Positions 1-9,857 of a stretch of DNA of 64,000 nucleotides are shown piece after piece. A model generated the notes under the pieces. It was not told the origin of the DNA. It did no database searches and saw only the letters and a list, made by a program, of their open reading frames with translations. This DNA comes from an uncultured archaeon (GTDB lineage: Archaea; Asgardarchaeota; Lokiarchaeia; Sigyniarchaeales; SOKP01), in the NCBI GenBank assembly GCA_964508365.1, contig CAZDTP010000011.1:14234-78233 (forward strand), in the 5' to 3' direction. Within the stretch, counting starts at the first letter, position 1, and the number at the start of each line of letters is the position of its first letter. A program made the position numbers and the translations under genes.

Positions 1-2
1 CT

Positions 3-2771
3 CCAGATTCGATAATTTCTGACAGAAATCGATTTCTTGGAGGATATTTCGATTTTTCAGGTGATGCAGATTATATTCCTCTAAGTGGAACGAGTATGTC
101 ATGTCCTATTGTCGCGGGTGCGTTAGCTATTATGAAACAAGCGTATCCATCGATCTCACCTGAAACCGCAAGAATTGCGCTATTAGAGGGGGCTCAAGAT
201 ATATCTAACGCTGATAATTCTGAATTCATGAAATCTGGGTTCGGGCTTATTAACATTACCGCATCTCTTGAGTATTTAGATTATTTAAATACAACCTATT
301 CAAATATCAATAACATTGCCAAACTCTCTCCTGACGAGTTACCTATAGAACCTTTCGATTTAATCAATTTTCCAGGAGATATACAAGAATTTAATTTAAC
401 GGTAATATCTGGCACTAATAATACTTTAAATGTTAATTACTCGAATTATGTTGATGGGATTTCTTTATCTTTAGATAAATCTCAGATAATTTTTAACAAC
501 GCGGGAGTTCAATTCGTTACATTCAGAGTAGAAATAAATACAAACGCTACACCTGGCTTACGAACATTAGAATTAAACATTACATCTGGTATGAGGGCAT
601 ACGATACAATTATGATATCAATAGATATACGTTTCCCTGAGCATAAAATTTTAATGGAATCTTACCATGGATTGAACGATTGGTTCCCTGAACTTTCGTT
701 TTACCAAATGGATTCATACAAATGGATGAAAGATCTCTCAAACCTGAACATCTCTATAGATTATTTGGCAGAATTTTGGACTCCTAATTATGATAGCGAC
801 TTGGAAAACTCTATTTTGACTCAAGAACGATTGGCTCAGTACGATTTGGTAGTATTACAAAATCCAATTTTACCTTATAGTCCATTGGAATTTGTAAATT
901 TGAAAAATTATTTTGAGAGTGGCGGAAATTTGCTATTTTTAGGGACGCGATATCAAGACTTATGCGTTGAGAATATAAATGATTTATTCTCGTATATTGA
1001 TATAGGAATAACTATTAATGAGGAGAATGTAGCCAATGAAGAATGGATCGGAGTTGGAGCTACAGTTTCTACTCAGTCCATAACATCCTTTAATAATTCT
1101 TTGATTTTTCAAGATGTAAGTAAATTTTCATGGGAATATGGAAGTACTTTAAGTCTTATGGGGAATGCAGAAGTACTTGCTTCAACAGGGGATAAAACCA
1201 TCGCTGCTGCATACGATCATAATCCGTTTGGAGGAGGTCGTTTTGTAGCATTTGGAGATCTTCATTGGACTACAGATCTTTACGATTCACCAATGTATAA
1301 ACAAGATCATTCAAGCCTAACACGAAATCTAATGGATTATTTCTTTGAAAGCGAAAATGTCTCTATAGAAATTATTTTAAATTCTGAAAACACTCCAGCT
1401 TCTCAAATAAACCTCTCGCTCTATGTAAAAAACCAAAACTTAGATGCTCCTGTTAGTTCCATAGTACTAAATTCTTATCTTAACGTATCCCTACAAAACG
1501 ACAGCTATTTTAAATCGATTAAAATGATTTCAAGTTCAGATGGCATCGCGATCAATCACTCTATTACTTTACCTTCTCCAAATACAGAACCTTATATTAT
1601 TAATGTAAATATAACAATTGGTTCACAAACTTACAAGAAATCGTCTAAAATCTTATATTATGATAATAATATGGTCCCCCAGATAACAAACATAATAACA
1701 ACCACAGATCTTGAAAGAAATGGTATTGATTCGCTAAATATTGACGTTACTCTCGATGGTATTACTTACAATGCAACTGCTTATTTATCGTTGTACCCCT
1801 TAACATATTACACTGAAAAAGGAACCATTAACAAAACTTTCCCTTTATCAAACGTACCATATCCTTTTGAATATTCTTATGTTTACACCCCAACCTCTAC
1901 GGATGTGCCTGGTTTTGCTATTTTTTATATCGTACCTTTCAACCCGGGTTCCAATTATTACAATCCGCATTCTCCAAGACTTGTATCGTTAATCAACAAT
2001 AACTCCCCTGAATTTATAGAAGAAAGTTCCACAATCTTAATAGATAATTCTCAATCAATTGCCTTTGATGAAACTCACGATGAGGATAGTTTAAATGTGT
2101 ATACAATATCGCAAGGATCCCGTCTTGACTTTCGAATAAATATAACGGATTCCGTTTCATATGAAGACCAAGATAGTTCTGAGATGAGGGTTTCCGTAAA
2201 CTTTTTTATCGCATCTATCTCAGAAGATAATACAATAGTTCCTATTAATCCTAGAACCTACATCTTTTCTGAGATGACTTACGAATCGAGTTCGGGCACT
2301 CATACTGGTAGTTTTGTAATTCCTTACACGATGGAATTTTCCACTATAACTGGGACTAAGCAATTATCTACTGCTTCTCAATATGATACTAGCTCTCAAG
2401 ATGGGTATTTAGCATTCTTATTAGTAACAGCTTTCGATAGCGAAGGAGAATCTGAAGATTTCATAATAGTTGTGTTAATACAAGCATCGCTCCAATTAGA
2501 CTTATTGTTAGTGATAATCATTATAGGTGTGGTTGTTGTATTTGCCCTAATACTGGGAGTTTCAATGTATCTTAGAAAAAAGAAAAGGAAATCTTATCTA
2601 TCAACACCTTCTGAGAGTTATTATGAGCATCATTATGATGATGGCTCATCACTAGATTCTTACGATTATACTCCGGGAATTGTTTCCTATTGTCCTTATT
2701 GTGGTTATAACTTAACTACTCAACAAAAGTTTTGTCCCAGTTGCGGTAAATCTTTAACATTTCACGACTAG
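3..2771 (+). CDS. Membrane-anchored subtilisin-like (S8) serine protease, 5'-truncated by the window edge; S8 C-terminal part, Ig-like region, GIFT/GATase-like domain, C-terminal TM helix and zinc-ribbon tail
   Basis: The frame is open from base 3. Translating upstream of ATG96 gives PLSGTSMSCPIVAGALA, the S8 catalytic-Ser motif (Ser at 93-95). A hydrophobic stretch LLLVIIIIGVVVVFALILGVSMYL is followed by RKKKRK, and the tail ends CPYCG...CPSCG. Confidence 0.85.
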   Translation, partial: PDSIISDRNRFLGGYFDFSGDADYIPLSGTSMSCPIVAGALAIMKQAYPSISPETARIALLEGAQDISNADNSEFMKSGFGLINITASLEYLDYLNTTYSNINNIAKLSPDELPIEPFDLINFPGDIQEFNLTVISGTNNTLNVNYSNYVDGISLSLDKSQIIFNNAGVQFVTFRVEINTNATPGLRTLELNITSGMRAYDTIMISIDIRFPEHKILMESYHGLNDWFPELSFYQMDSYKWMKDLSNLNISIDYLAEFWTPNYDSDLENSILTQERLAQYDLVVLQNPILPYSPLEFVNLKNYFESGGNLLFLGTRYQDLCVENINDLFSYIDIGITINEENVANEEWIGVGATVSTQSITSFNNSLIFQDVSKFSWEYGSTLSLMGNAEVLASTGDKTIAAAYDHNPFGGGRFVAFGDLHWTTDLYDSPMYKQDHSSLTRNLMDYFFESENVSIEIILNSENTPASQINLSLYVKNQNLDAPVSSIVLNSYLNVSLQNDSYFKSIKMISSSDGIAINHSITLPSPNTEPYIINVNITIGSQTYKKSSKILYYDNNMVPQITNIITTTDLERNGIDSLNIDVTLDGITYNATAYLSLYPLTYYTEKGTINKTFPLSNVPYPFEYSYVYTPTSTDVPGFAIFYIVPFNPGSNYYNPHSPRLVSLINNNSPEFIEESSTILIDNSQSIAFDETHDEDSLNVYTISQGSRLDFRINITDSVSYEDQDSSEMRVSVNFFIASISEDNTIVPINPRTYIFSEMTYESSSGTHTGSFVIPYTMEFSTITGTKQLSTASQYDTSSQDGYLAFLLVTAFDSEGESEDFIIVVLIQASLQLDLLLVIIIIGVVVVFALILGVSMYLRKKKRKSYLSTPSESYYEHHYDDGSSLDSYDYTPGIVSYCPYCGYNLTTQQKFCPSCGKSLTFHD

Positions 2772-2790
2772 TTTAGTTTTTTTTTATTAT
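2772..2790 (+). terminator. Oligo-T tract after the protease stop, probable archaeal terminator
   Basis: GTTTAGTTTTTTTTTT immediately 3' of the stop codon. Confidence 0.4.
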
Positions 2791-2915
2791 GCTATAGGAA
2801 ATGGTATTCATGTTTATATTGATTTATCATCCTCGCGTATTCCTATATAGATAACACACCAATTAGTAGAATGTCCATTAAAAAGATTCATTAATGGTAA
2901 AAAAAATATATCACT

Positions 2916-4559
2916 ATGGATTACTTTCTTGGTTTGGATTGTTCAACACAGAGCTTCTCCGGTATTCTCATAGATTTCCAAGAAAAAAAAACGCTATTTT
3001 CACATAGCATTAATTTTGATGTAAGTTTACCTCAATACGGTACTCAACATGGAGTTTATACTTCTAATGACGGTAAAGTTGTTCATTCTAACCCTTTAAT
3101 GTGGGTAGAAGCATTGGAGTTATTATTTGCTATTTTTTTGCAGGAAGACTTACCGTTGAATGATATAAAACTAATAACTGGATCGGGTCAGCAACATGGA
3201 ACCGTTTACCTAAACAAATCTTTTGAACCAACCGTGAAGAATTTAAATAATGAAAAATCTTTAGTAAGTCAAATCAAGGGAACATTTTCAAGAGAGACTA
3301 GTCCAGTCTGGATGGATTCTAGCACCACTAAAGAGTGTGAAGAAATCCGAAATCAGCTCGGGGGTTTAAAGTCTACAATACAAATAACAGGATCAAACAC
3401 ATTTGAAAGGTTTTCTGGACCTCAAATTAGGAAATTTTATAAAGATAATCACGATAATTACGTGCAAACTTCAGTAATTCATCTCGTAAGCTCTTTTCTT
3501 TCATCAGTTTTACTGGGAAAAAACTCTCCAATTGACCATTCAGATGGAGCAGGGATGAATTTAATGAATATTAAAACTAAAGAATGGGATAATAGAGCTT
3601 TAGACTCCACCGCTCCAGATTTAAAGAAAAAATTACCCCCATTAACAAATCCCTATAGTATTATTGGCAAAATAGCCCCCTTTTTTGTTGATCGTTATGG
3701 ATTTTCTTCAGAAACACTCCTTATTCCATGGTCAGGGGATAATCCTAGTAGCTTAATTGGAGTAGGTCTTACAGAAAAAGGAAAAGCAGCGATCAGTTTA
3801 GGTACTAGTGATACTTTCTTTAGTTATTTAAAAGACCTATTCGTCGATTTAAGCGGTGAGGGTCATGTTTTCGGAGCTCCCACTGGGGATTATATGGGAT
3901 TAATTTGCTATAAAAATGGTTCTCTTGCAAGAGAGAAAGTTAAAGATAGTTTTAACCTTAATTGGACTGACTTTTCAAACATTTTAGCGAAAACACCCCC
4001 TGGAAATTACGGTAAAATTATGCTTCCTTATTTTTTCCCTGAAATCGTACCTCTTGTTTCAAAGCCTAAAGTTCACCGATTCGGTTTCGATGAAAATGAT
4101 TTGGAAGGGAATGTTAGAGCAGTTATTGAAGCACAATTTCTTTCGATGAAAATACATTCTGAATGGACTCAAGAACCCCCAGAAGAAATATACGCCACTG
4201 GGGGCGCATCAACAAATTTAGAAATTTTAAAAATAGTAGCAAATATATTTAACACTAAAGTACGCCAATTTGAAGCAACTAATTCAGCAGCACTAGGTGC
4301 AGCTCTTCGTAGCGCTAAGTCTTACTACAACTTGAAAAATCAAATTTTTGATTGGACGGAGTTAGTAGAGGGTTTTTTAAAAATAGAAGAGAGTATCATA
4401 ATTCACCCTGACAAAAAGTATGAGCTATTATATAACGATATGCTTACTATTTATCAAAAATACGAAGATTACATTTTAAGGAACGGAAAAGATCCAGAAT
4501 TATCTCGACAAAACTTTATTAAGAAATACTTCAAAAACCAAAGAGACAATCAGAGTTAA
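2916..4559 (+). CDS. xylB: Xylulokinase (FGGY family, XYLB/XKS1-like)
   Basis: Motifs [54 protein letters not shown] and ATGGAS; next to rpe and rpiA. Confidence 0.85.
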   Translation: MDYFLGLDCSTQSFSGILIDFQEKKTLFSHSINFDVSLPQYGTQHGVYTSNDGKVVHSNPLMWVEALELLFAIFLQEDLPLNDIKLITGSGQQHGTVYLNKSFEPTVKNLNNEKSLVSQIKGTFSRETSPVWMDSSTTKECEEIRNQLGGLKSTIQITGSNTFERFSGPQIRKFYKDNHDNYVQTSVIHLVSSFLSSVLLGKNSPIDHSDGAGMNLMNIKTKEWDNRALDSTAPDLKKKLPPLTNPYSIIGKIAPFFVDRYGFSSETLLIPWSGDNPSSLIGVGLTEKGKAAISLGTSDTFFSYLKDLFVDLSGEGHVFGAPTGDYMGLICYKNGSLAREKVKDSFNLNWTDFSNILAKTPPGNYGKIMLPYFFPEIVPLVSKPKVHRFGFDENDLEGNVRAVIEAQFLSMKIHSEWTQEPPEEIYATGGASTNLEILKIVANIFNTKVRQFEATNSAALGAALRSAKSYYNLKNQIFDWTELVEGFLKIEESIIIHPDKKYELLYNDMLTIYQKYEDYILRNGKDPELSRQNFIKKYFKNQRDNQS

Positions 4560-5179
4560 CTAGAATATTTTAATGATTCTATAACTTTATTTGGATCTTT
4601 CGCGTTTAAAATTGTACTTGTGCTACTTATAATATCAACATTTAATTCTGGAGCATTTTTAAGGTTAATTCCTCCATCGATATCTATAAGAAAGTTATAT
4701 TTCTTTTTATATTCTCTAAGGTGATTAACTTTTTCGATGGAATTAGGAATAAATTTTTGACCAGAACCACCTGGTTTGACTGACATTACTAAGACTAAAT
4801 CAATTGATCCTAAGTAAGACAGAATCTCTGCTATATCTGTATCAGGATTGATTGCTATACCTACTTTTTTGTTCTTCTTTTTCACTTTTCTAATTATCGC
4901 ATCTATATCCCCCTCAACCTCTTTATGAAAGGTAAAAATATCGACAAAATCAATGATTTGTTCTATGAATTCAGAAGGGTTGATAACCATCATATGAGCT
5001 ATGATCGGTAAGTCATACTTCTCATGCAAAATTCGGAAAACTTCTAAATTAAGATTTTGAAAAGATGTAAATTCTCCATCTGACACATCTACGTGTATAT
5101 AATCAAGTCCTTTCAACTTTGTAATGACATCTGTGTTAAAATCATCAGTTGCATGTATTGAAACTGCTACTTTTTTCAT
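4556..5179 (-). CDS. rpe: Ribulose-phosphate 3-epimerase
   Basis: Motifs [25 protein letters not shown] and IDGGI; overlaps the xylulokinase stop by 4 bp. Confidence 0.92.
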   Translation of the reverse strand: MKKVAVSIHATDDFNTDVITKLKGLDYIHVDVSDGEFTSFQNLNLEVFRILHEKYDLPIIAHMMVINPSEFIEQIIDFVDIFTFHKEVEGDIDAIIRKVKKKNKKVGIAINPDTDIAEILSYLGSIDLVLVMSVKPGGSGQKFIPNSIEKVNHLREYKKKYNFLIDIDGGINLKNAPELNVDIISSTSTILNAKDPNKVIESLKYSS

Positions 5180-5225
5180 AGTTACTACAGATAGTATTTA
5201 TTAAAAAAATGAATGTTCATTAAAA

Positions 5226-5945
5226 TCAAATTTGGAGCTTCTTAACTGTGCCATCTTTTTGACCAATATAAGCCGTTTGAGCCAATCCTAAAAATAAGCC
5301 AGAATCCACAATACCAGGTATTTGCAAAATCTTTAAATTTAAATCTAAAGGATTTTTAATTAGACCGAAATCAACGTCTATAATAAAATTCCCATTATCA
5401 CTTACAACTGGTCCTGATTTTGCTTGAGCCATCCTTAAAACGGGGGTACCCCCTAATTTTTCTAATTTCTTCATAATAGGAATGTGTGCTAAAGGAATTA
5501 TCTCAATTGGTACTCCTTTTCTCCAGTTTTCTCCCAGATATTCCGATTTTTTAGTATAATCTGCAATAATAACTAACTTCTTTGAAGACGACGCTATAAT
5601 TTTCTCTTGGACTAAACATCCTCCACCACCCTTAATTAAATTTAGAGACTTGTCAATTTCATCTGCTCCATCAATATCCAGATCAATCTCAGGATATTGG
5701 TCTAGCGAAACTAGGGTAAGTCCGTTTTCCACTATTAACTGGTGAGATTGAAAAGAGGTGGGAATGCATTTTAGATTTAAAATGTTATTTTGATTGATCT
5801 CCGCGATTTTTTTCACGGCATATACAACAGTAGAACCACTTCCGATTCCTAAGATCATGTTTTTTTTAACATTTTCTTCAACTGCCCTAAAAGCAGCGTT
5901 CTTCTTTCCGAGTTCAATTAAGTTTTCATCCACAATTTCCACCAT
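5226..5945 (-). CDS. rpiA: Ribose-5-phosphate isomerase A
   Basis: Motifs GIGSGSTV, DGADE, KGGGGCLVQEKI and SDNGNFIID. Confidence 0.95.
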   Translation of the reverse strand: MVEIVDENLIELGKKNAAFRAVEENVKKNMILGIGSGSTVVYAVKKIAEINQNNILNLKCIPTSFQSHQLIVENGLTLVSLDQYPEIDLDIDGADEIDKSLNLIKGGGGCLVQEKIIASSSKKLVIIADYTKKSEYLGENWRKGVPIEIIPLAHIPIMKKLEKLGGTPVLRMAQAKSGPVVSDNGNFIIDVDFGLIKNPLDLNLKILQIPGIVDSGLFLGLAQTAYIGQKDGTVKKLQI

Positions 5946-5949
5946 AGTA

Positions 5950-6348
5950 TTATTTCTTGGACAAATTGAGAATTCTTATTGCTAAATATGCTGCGTTTTC
6001 ACCTCTATCTATTCCTACACAAGCTACAGGGATTTTAGGAGGCATTTGCACAATTGATAAAAGCGCATCTAAACCCCCTAATTTAGTGCTAACAGGTACT
6101 CCAATAACAGGTTTTTCTGTTTTAGAAGCTACTATGCCAGGTAAAGCTGCTGACAATCCAGCGACAGTAATAAATAGTAAGGATTGGCAACTTTTTAAAT
6201 AATCGTCTAGTTTGTCTGGATCCCGGTGTGCAGAAATGATTTTAAGTTCATATGGGATGTTATTTTCCTTCAATACATTTTCTGCTTTTTCGTAAACATC
6301 TTTGTCTGATTCAGATCCAGCAATGATTGATACAATCGTGTCTGCCAT
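5950..6348 (-). CDS. purE: AIR carboxylase / N5-CAIR mutase catalytic subunit
   Basis: Motifs [26 protein letters not shown] and [12 protein letters not shown]. Confidence 0.93.
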   Translation of the reverse strand: MADTIVSIIAGSESDKDVYEKAENVLKENNIPYELKIISAHRDPDKLDDYLKSCQSLLFITVAGLSAALPGIVASKTEKPVIGVPVSTKLGGLDALLSIVQMPPKIPVACVGIDRGENAAYLAIRILNLSKK

Positions 6349-6543
6349 ATTTTAACTAAATGTTCCAAAAATAAAAATGATACTAATTAAATCTTAATTA
6401 TTTTTAGTTAAATTATCAAAATGAGTAATTGATTGTTTTAAGTCCCTAGCCTTATTATCAAAAACTTTAATACATTTTTGAACATTCATAACTTAATATC
6501 AAAATTTTTTTGAAAACTTCGTTTTAAAATTATTATAAAATAA

Positions 6544-6548
6544 GAGGG
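6544..6548 (+). promoter_or_regulatory. Shine-Dalgarno-like element of the thiolase gene
   Basis: GAGGG lies about 10 nt before ATG6559. Confidence 0.45.
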
Positions 6549-6558
6549 ATATACAAGT

Positions 6559-7836
6559 ATGAAAGAAGTATGGTTAATTGATTACGCCCGAACAGGTTTT
6601 TCTCGGTCTAGACCAAAACAGCCCGAGAGAGATGTTTTTGGTGAGATTAGAAGTGATGAACTATTAGCTACATTGTTGATGAAGTTTTTTGATCAAAAAT
6701 TAGCAGATAAAGGCATCGAGAAAAAGGATATTGATGAGTTTACAGTAGGAACTGCTATGGGAGTTTATGAAAATTGGACTTATGGGGGTAGACTTCCGTT
6801 ATTTTTAGCAGAATTTCCTGTTTCAGTACCTGCTATGTTTGTAGATCGGCAATGCGGCTCTGCTGGGAGTGGAATGCATGTTGGGATTATGGAAATCATG
6901 ACAGGATATAGTAAAATCTGTTTAGCAGGAGGAGTTGAACATATGACGCGCGTTGATATGCAAAATACTCATGTCAACCCAAACTTAGGCATGGTGAATA
7001 AGAAGAGCAAATGGTATCGACCCCAATATGATCTCATGACAACTATTAATATGCTACAAACGGCTCAGAAATTATACGAACAAGAAATTCCCAATTTCAC
7101 GAAAGAAGATATGGATAAATTTGGAGTAAGAGCCCACAACTTGACTGTCGATAATCAAGAAGCTGGTTGGTTTAAAGGCGAAATTATCGGCATTGAAGGC
7201 CATGTAGAAGGTAATATCGAAGAACCTATGATGGTAGAGAAGGATTTAGCTGCGAGAAAATCAACCCTTGAAAGCGTTGCTGGTTTGAGAAGACTATCAA
7301 AACCGTTTTACTTGGAAAAAAATGGAGGCAGAGCAGGCTATAAAGAAAGAGAGGGAACTCCTGAAGGTGTTATTACCGCTGGAAATTCTTCCCCATTAAA
7401 CGCAGGTGCTACTGCTTGTATTATGATGGAAGCTGAGGAAGCAAAAAAGCGAGGATTGGAACCTATGGCAAGAATAGTTTCACTTGGCTGGGCTGGTGTT
7501 GACCCTAGTGTTATGGGTCGTGGTCCAGTGCCAGCAACTGAAATGGCTCTAAAACACGCAGGATTAACTGCTGATGACATAGATTATTGGGAAATTAATG
7601 AAGCATTTTGCATAGTTGCTTTAAATTGTATGAAACATTTTAACATCGCTGAAGAAAAGGTAAATGTTATGGGAGGATCAACTGCAATTGGGCATCCATT
7701 AGGTGCTACCATGATAAGATTACCTGGTACATTAGCTCGGATATTGAAAGATAAAAAAGCAAAATATGGGATTGCTAATGCCTGTTGTGGTGGCGGGCAA
7801 GGAGTCGCAACATTAATCGAAAATATTGATGCCTAA
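6559..7836 (+). CDS. Thiolase (acetyl-CoA C-acyltransferase)
   Basis: Motifs RQCGS (catalytic Cys), NEAF, GHPLGAT and CCGGGQG. Confidence 0.93.
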   Translation: MKEVWLIDYARTGFSRSRPKQPERDVFGEIRSDELLATLLMKFFDQKLADKGIEKKDIDEFTVGTAMGVYENWTYGGRLPLFLAEFPVSVPAMFVDRQCGSAGSGMHVGIMEIMTGYSKICLAGGVEHMTRVDMQNTHVNPNLGMVNKKSKWYRPQYDLMTTINMLQTAQKLYEQEIPNFTKEDMDKFGVRAHNLTVDNQEAGWFKGEIIGIEGHVEGNIEEPMMVEKDLAARKSTLESVAGLRRLSKPFYLEKNGGRAGYKEREGTPEGVITAGNSSPLNAGATACIMMEAEEAKKRGLEPMARIVSLGWAGVDPSVMGRGPVPATEMALKHAGLTADDIDYWEINEAFCIVALNCMKHFNIAEEKVNVMGGSTAIGHPLGATMIRLPGTLARILKDKKAKYGIANACCGGGQGVATLIENIDA

Positions 7837-7857
7837 TCGAATATTTCGGCATAAAAC

Positions 7858-7894
7858 TTCTTTTTCTATTTTTTTTTTTTTCATTTATTTTTTT
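7858..7894 (+). terminator. Long oligo-T tract downstream of the thiolase
   Basis: T-rich run including more than 13 consecutive T, about 20 nt after the stop. Confidence 0.5.
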
Positions 7895-7996
7895 AAGATT
7901 TATTCTAGAAATATTTAAATAATAACCAAAAACAATTAGTCTTACTATAATATCTACAATAAAATTAATACCATAATAACTAGAAGGTGAAATAAA

Positions 7997-8203
7997 ATTA
8001 CTGTATATAAAAGCATTCAGTTAGTAGCTACAAGCGATAAAAATTGGTCCGACGCTGTGCGTGTTGCTTTCGATGAGGCTAAAAAATCGCTTCGTGGTAT
8101 CAGAAATATTCAAATTATCGAATCTGATGTGAAAGTTAAAGAAGATCAAGATAAATTAATTTATCGAGTTCGAGTACAAGTTAACTTTCAGATCGAGCGA
8201 TAA
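7997..8203 (+). CDS. Dodecin-family protein (68 aa), absent from the ORF track; probable ATT start
   Basis: Manual translation: (M)TVYKSIQLVATSDKNWSDAVRVAFDEAKKSLRGIRNIQIIESDVKVKEDQDKLIYRVRVQVNFQIER*. This matches the dodecin pattern VYK-I-LV-TS--W-DA---A---A-KSLR...YRV-----F. SD GGTGA at 7986-7990; T-tract after the stop. Confidence 0.82.
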   Translation: MTVYKSIQLVATSDKNWSDAVRVAFDEAKKSLRGIRNIQIIESDVKVKEDQDKLIYRVRVQVNFQIER

Positions 8204-8218
8204 AAAGAGTTTAGAAAT

Positions 8219-8240
8219 ATTTTTTTTTATTTTTTTTTAT
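8219..8240 (+). terminator. Oligo-T terminator-like tract after the dodecin gene
   Basis: Two runs of 8-9 T separated by A. Confidence 0.45.
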
Positions 8241-8352
8241 TACCTTAAAATTTCAAAACCTATTAAATTTAAAAAATAATTTTAAAAAGAGTAATCGTTA
8301 TGATTTTCATAGAATGAAATTTTGAAATCACAAAATAATATCAAATAATATT

Positions 8353-8460
8353 ATGGAAGGACTTCTAGAAACCTTTGGTGGTTACATAATTGCTGGTGTT
8401 ATAACTTTAGTAGTTCTTATAGCTTGTTGTGTTATAAATAATAGACTATTGAAGAAATAG
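8353..8460 (+). CDS. Small single-TM protein (35 aa), absent from the ORF track
   Basis: MEGLLETFGGYIIAGVITLVVLIACCVINNRLLKK*: ATG start, one hydrophobic helix, basic C-terminus, alone in an intergenic gap. Confidence 0.5.
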   Translation: MEGLLETFGGYIIAGVITLVVLIACCVINNRLLKK

Positions 8461-8494
8461 CATCATATTTTATAATGGGATTTAGGTTATTAAG

Positions 8495-9241
8495 TTAAAT
8501 TCCTATTTGGTTTAAATTTAAATATTCTAATAATTCGTCTAAGTATTCTTTATTAATAATAATGTAGTCTCCGTCAATTTTACAATTAAACTTTTCTCCC
8601 CATTTAATCAAAAGTTCAATAAGAGTCTCCTTACTTATTTTTAAAATTTCTTGGATCATATCTATTCGAATTCGTTTAGAAACTTTAAGTAAAGAGATCA
8701 ATTGTTTAACAGCACCTTTTTCTTTTCTAGCTTTATTATCTTTATTAGTTTCGTTATCTAAATTTTTCCTTACTGAATTAAGGGCATGCAATGCATATAT
8801 GTAATTAGGATCAATTTCTAAAGCTTTTCTGTAAGCTTCAACAGCTTTTTGAAAATCTCCGGTCGATTCGTATACTAATCCTATGTTATAATAACCGTGT
8901 TTATAATTTGGATTAAGTTTAATCGCTGTTTTATAAGCATCTAAAGCATCTTCAAACTGTTCTAAATTATAGTAGGAAATACCAAGATTATAATACGCTT
9001 TGTAATTTGTTGGCTCAAGCACGATGATTCTTCTAAAAAATTCCATAGATTTCTCGTATTCTAAAACAAAATCATCATTGAGGTATCCTCCGTATGAAAA
9101 TAAAGCCCTTATTAGGATTTCTTTAATTTTTTCAGAAGGATTATCAGCGTATAAAGCTTCCAAAATCTCTATAGCTTTTCTAAAATCTTCATTTTTCAAT
9201 AAATCTTTGACTTCATTAAGGAGATTATCTATATCTACCAA
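8495..9241 (-). CDS. TPR protein with a C-terminal winged-helix/PCI-like domain
   Basis: TPR consensus (AYYNLGISY...ALDAYKTAIKLNP; GYYNIGLVY...AVEAYRKALEIDP). The C-terminus LKVSKRIRIDMIQEILKIS...CKIDGDYIII looks like a wHTH. Confidence 0.75.
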   Translation of the reverse strand: MVDIDNLLNEVKDLLKNEDFRKAIEILEALYADNPSEKIKEILIRALFSYGGYLNDDFVLEYEKSMEFFRRIIVLEPTNYKAYYNLGISYYNLEQFEDALDAYKTAIKLNPNYKHGYYNIGLVYESTGDFQKAVEAYRKALEIDPNYIYALHALNSVRKNLDNETNKDNKARKEKGAVKQLISLLKVSKRIRIDMIQEILKISKETLIELLIKWGEKFNCKIDGDYIIINKEYLDELLEYLNLNQIGI

Positions 9242-9251
9242 AATTTTTCAC

Positions 9252-9707
9252 TTAAATATCATTTTCATACCAATAATTTTTAGATTTTTTTGCACCTAAT
9301 TTCATAACTAAGTTTCTTAGAGCGCTATCTGAATCTTGGCAAAGCAAAAATACTTTATCTAAATTAAGAGTCTTTTTAACATACAATTTCAATTCTCGAA
9401 TTATTTGTTCCTCAATACCCTTTCTATAAGAATCTTCTTTTTTAGTTAGAACTTGGTGGATAAGAGCTCGTTTATTACCTAAATAATCTTTAATCAAGGT
9501 GTAGGTCCCCCAACCGACAATTTCTCCTTCTTCTTTAGCAACTACCATAGAATTTCGATACTGAAGGTCCAAAACTCTTTTATTTATTTCCCTTTCAAAT
9601 TCTTGCCAAGTTGATATGAAATATGATTTATTTTCAATAAAATCTTCAAAAATCTCTTTAAGTGCGTCTCTATCTAATCGGGGGTCGTATCTATCAGTTA
9701 CAATCAT
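9252..9707 (-). CDS. GNAT-like acetyltransferase-fold protein
   Basis: VVAKEEGEIVGWG strand motif, then RKGIEEQII; size fits a GNAT domain. Confidence 0.55.
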   Translation of the reverse strand: MIVTDRYDPRLDRDALKEIFEDFIENKSYFISTWQEFEREINKRVLDLQYRNSMVVAKEEGEIVGWGTYTLIKDYLGNKRALIHQVLTKKEDSYRKGIEEQIIRELKLYVKKTLNLDKVFLLCQDSDSALRNLVMKLGAKKSKNYWYENDI

Positions 9708-9857
9708 ATTTTCTCACTTAATAATAATTTAAATAGTTGAATCTTCAATTGATAATTCTGTTAATGATTAATGGTTTTATAATATTTTTTCTTATCAGTT
9801 TTAATTATTCTTTAATAAAAACTCTTTTTTATATTCTGAAATATAAGATGTATTAAG

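Noticed and set aside
5794-6202. Short + strand ORFs antisense to rpiA and purE (5794..5985, 5957..6202)
   Set aside because: Shadow ORFs fully overlapping well-supported genes on the opposite strand.
7988-7990. In-frame TGA just upstream of the dodecin (likewise at 36193 for iscU) considered as selenocysteine read-through
   Set aside because: The TGA is part of the SD-like element, no Cys is expected at that position in either family, and for iscU a TAA lies three codons further upstream.
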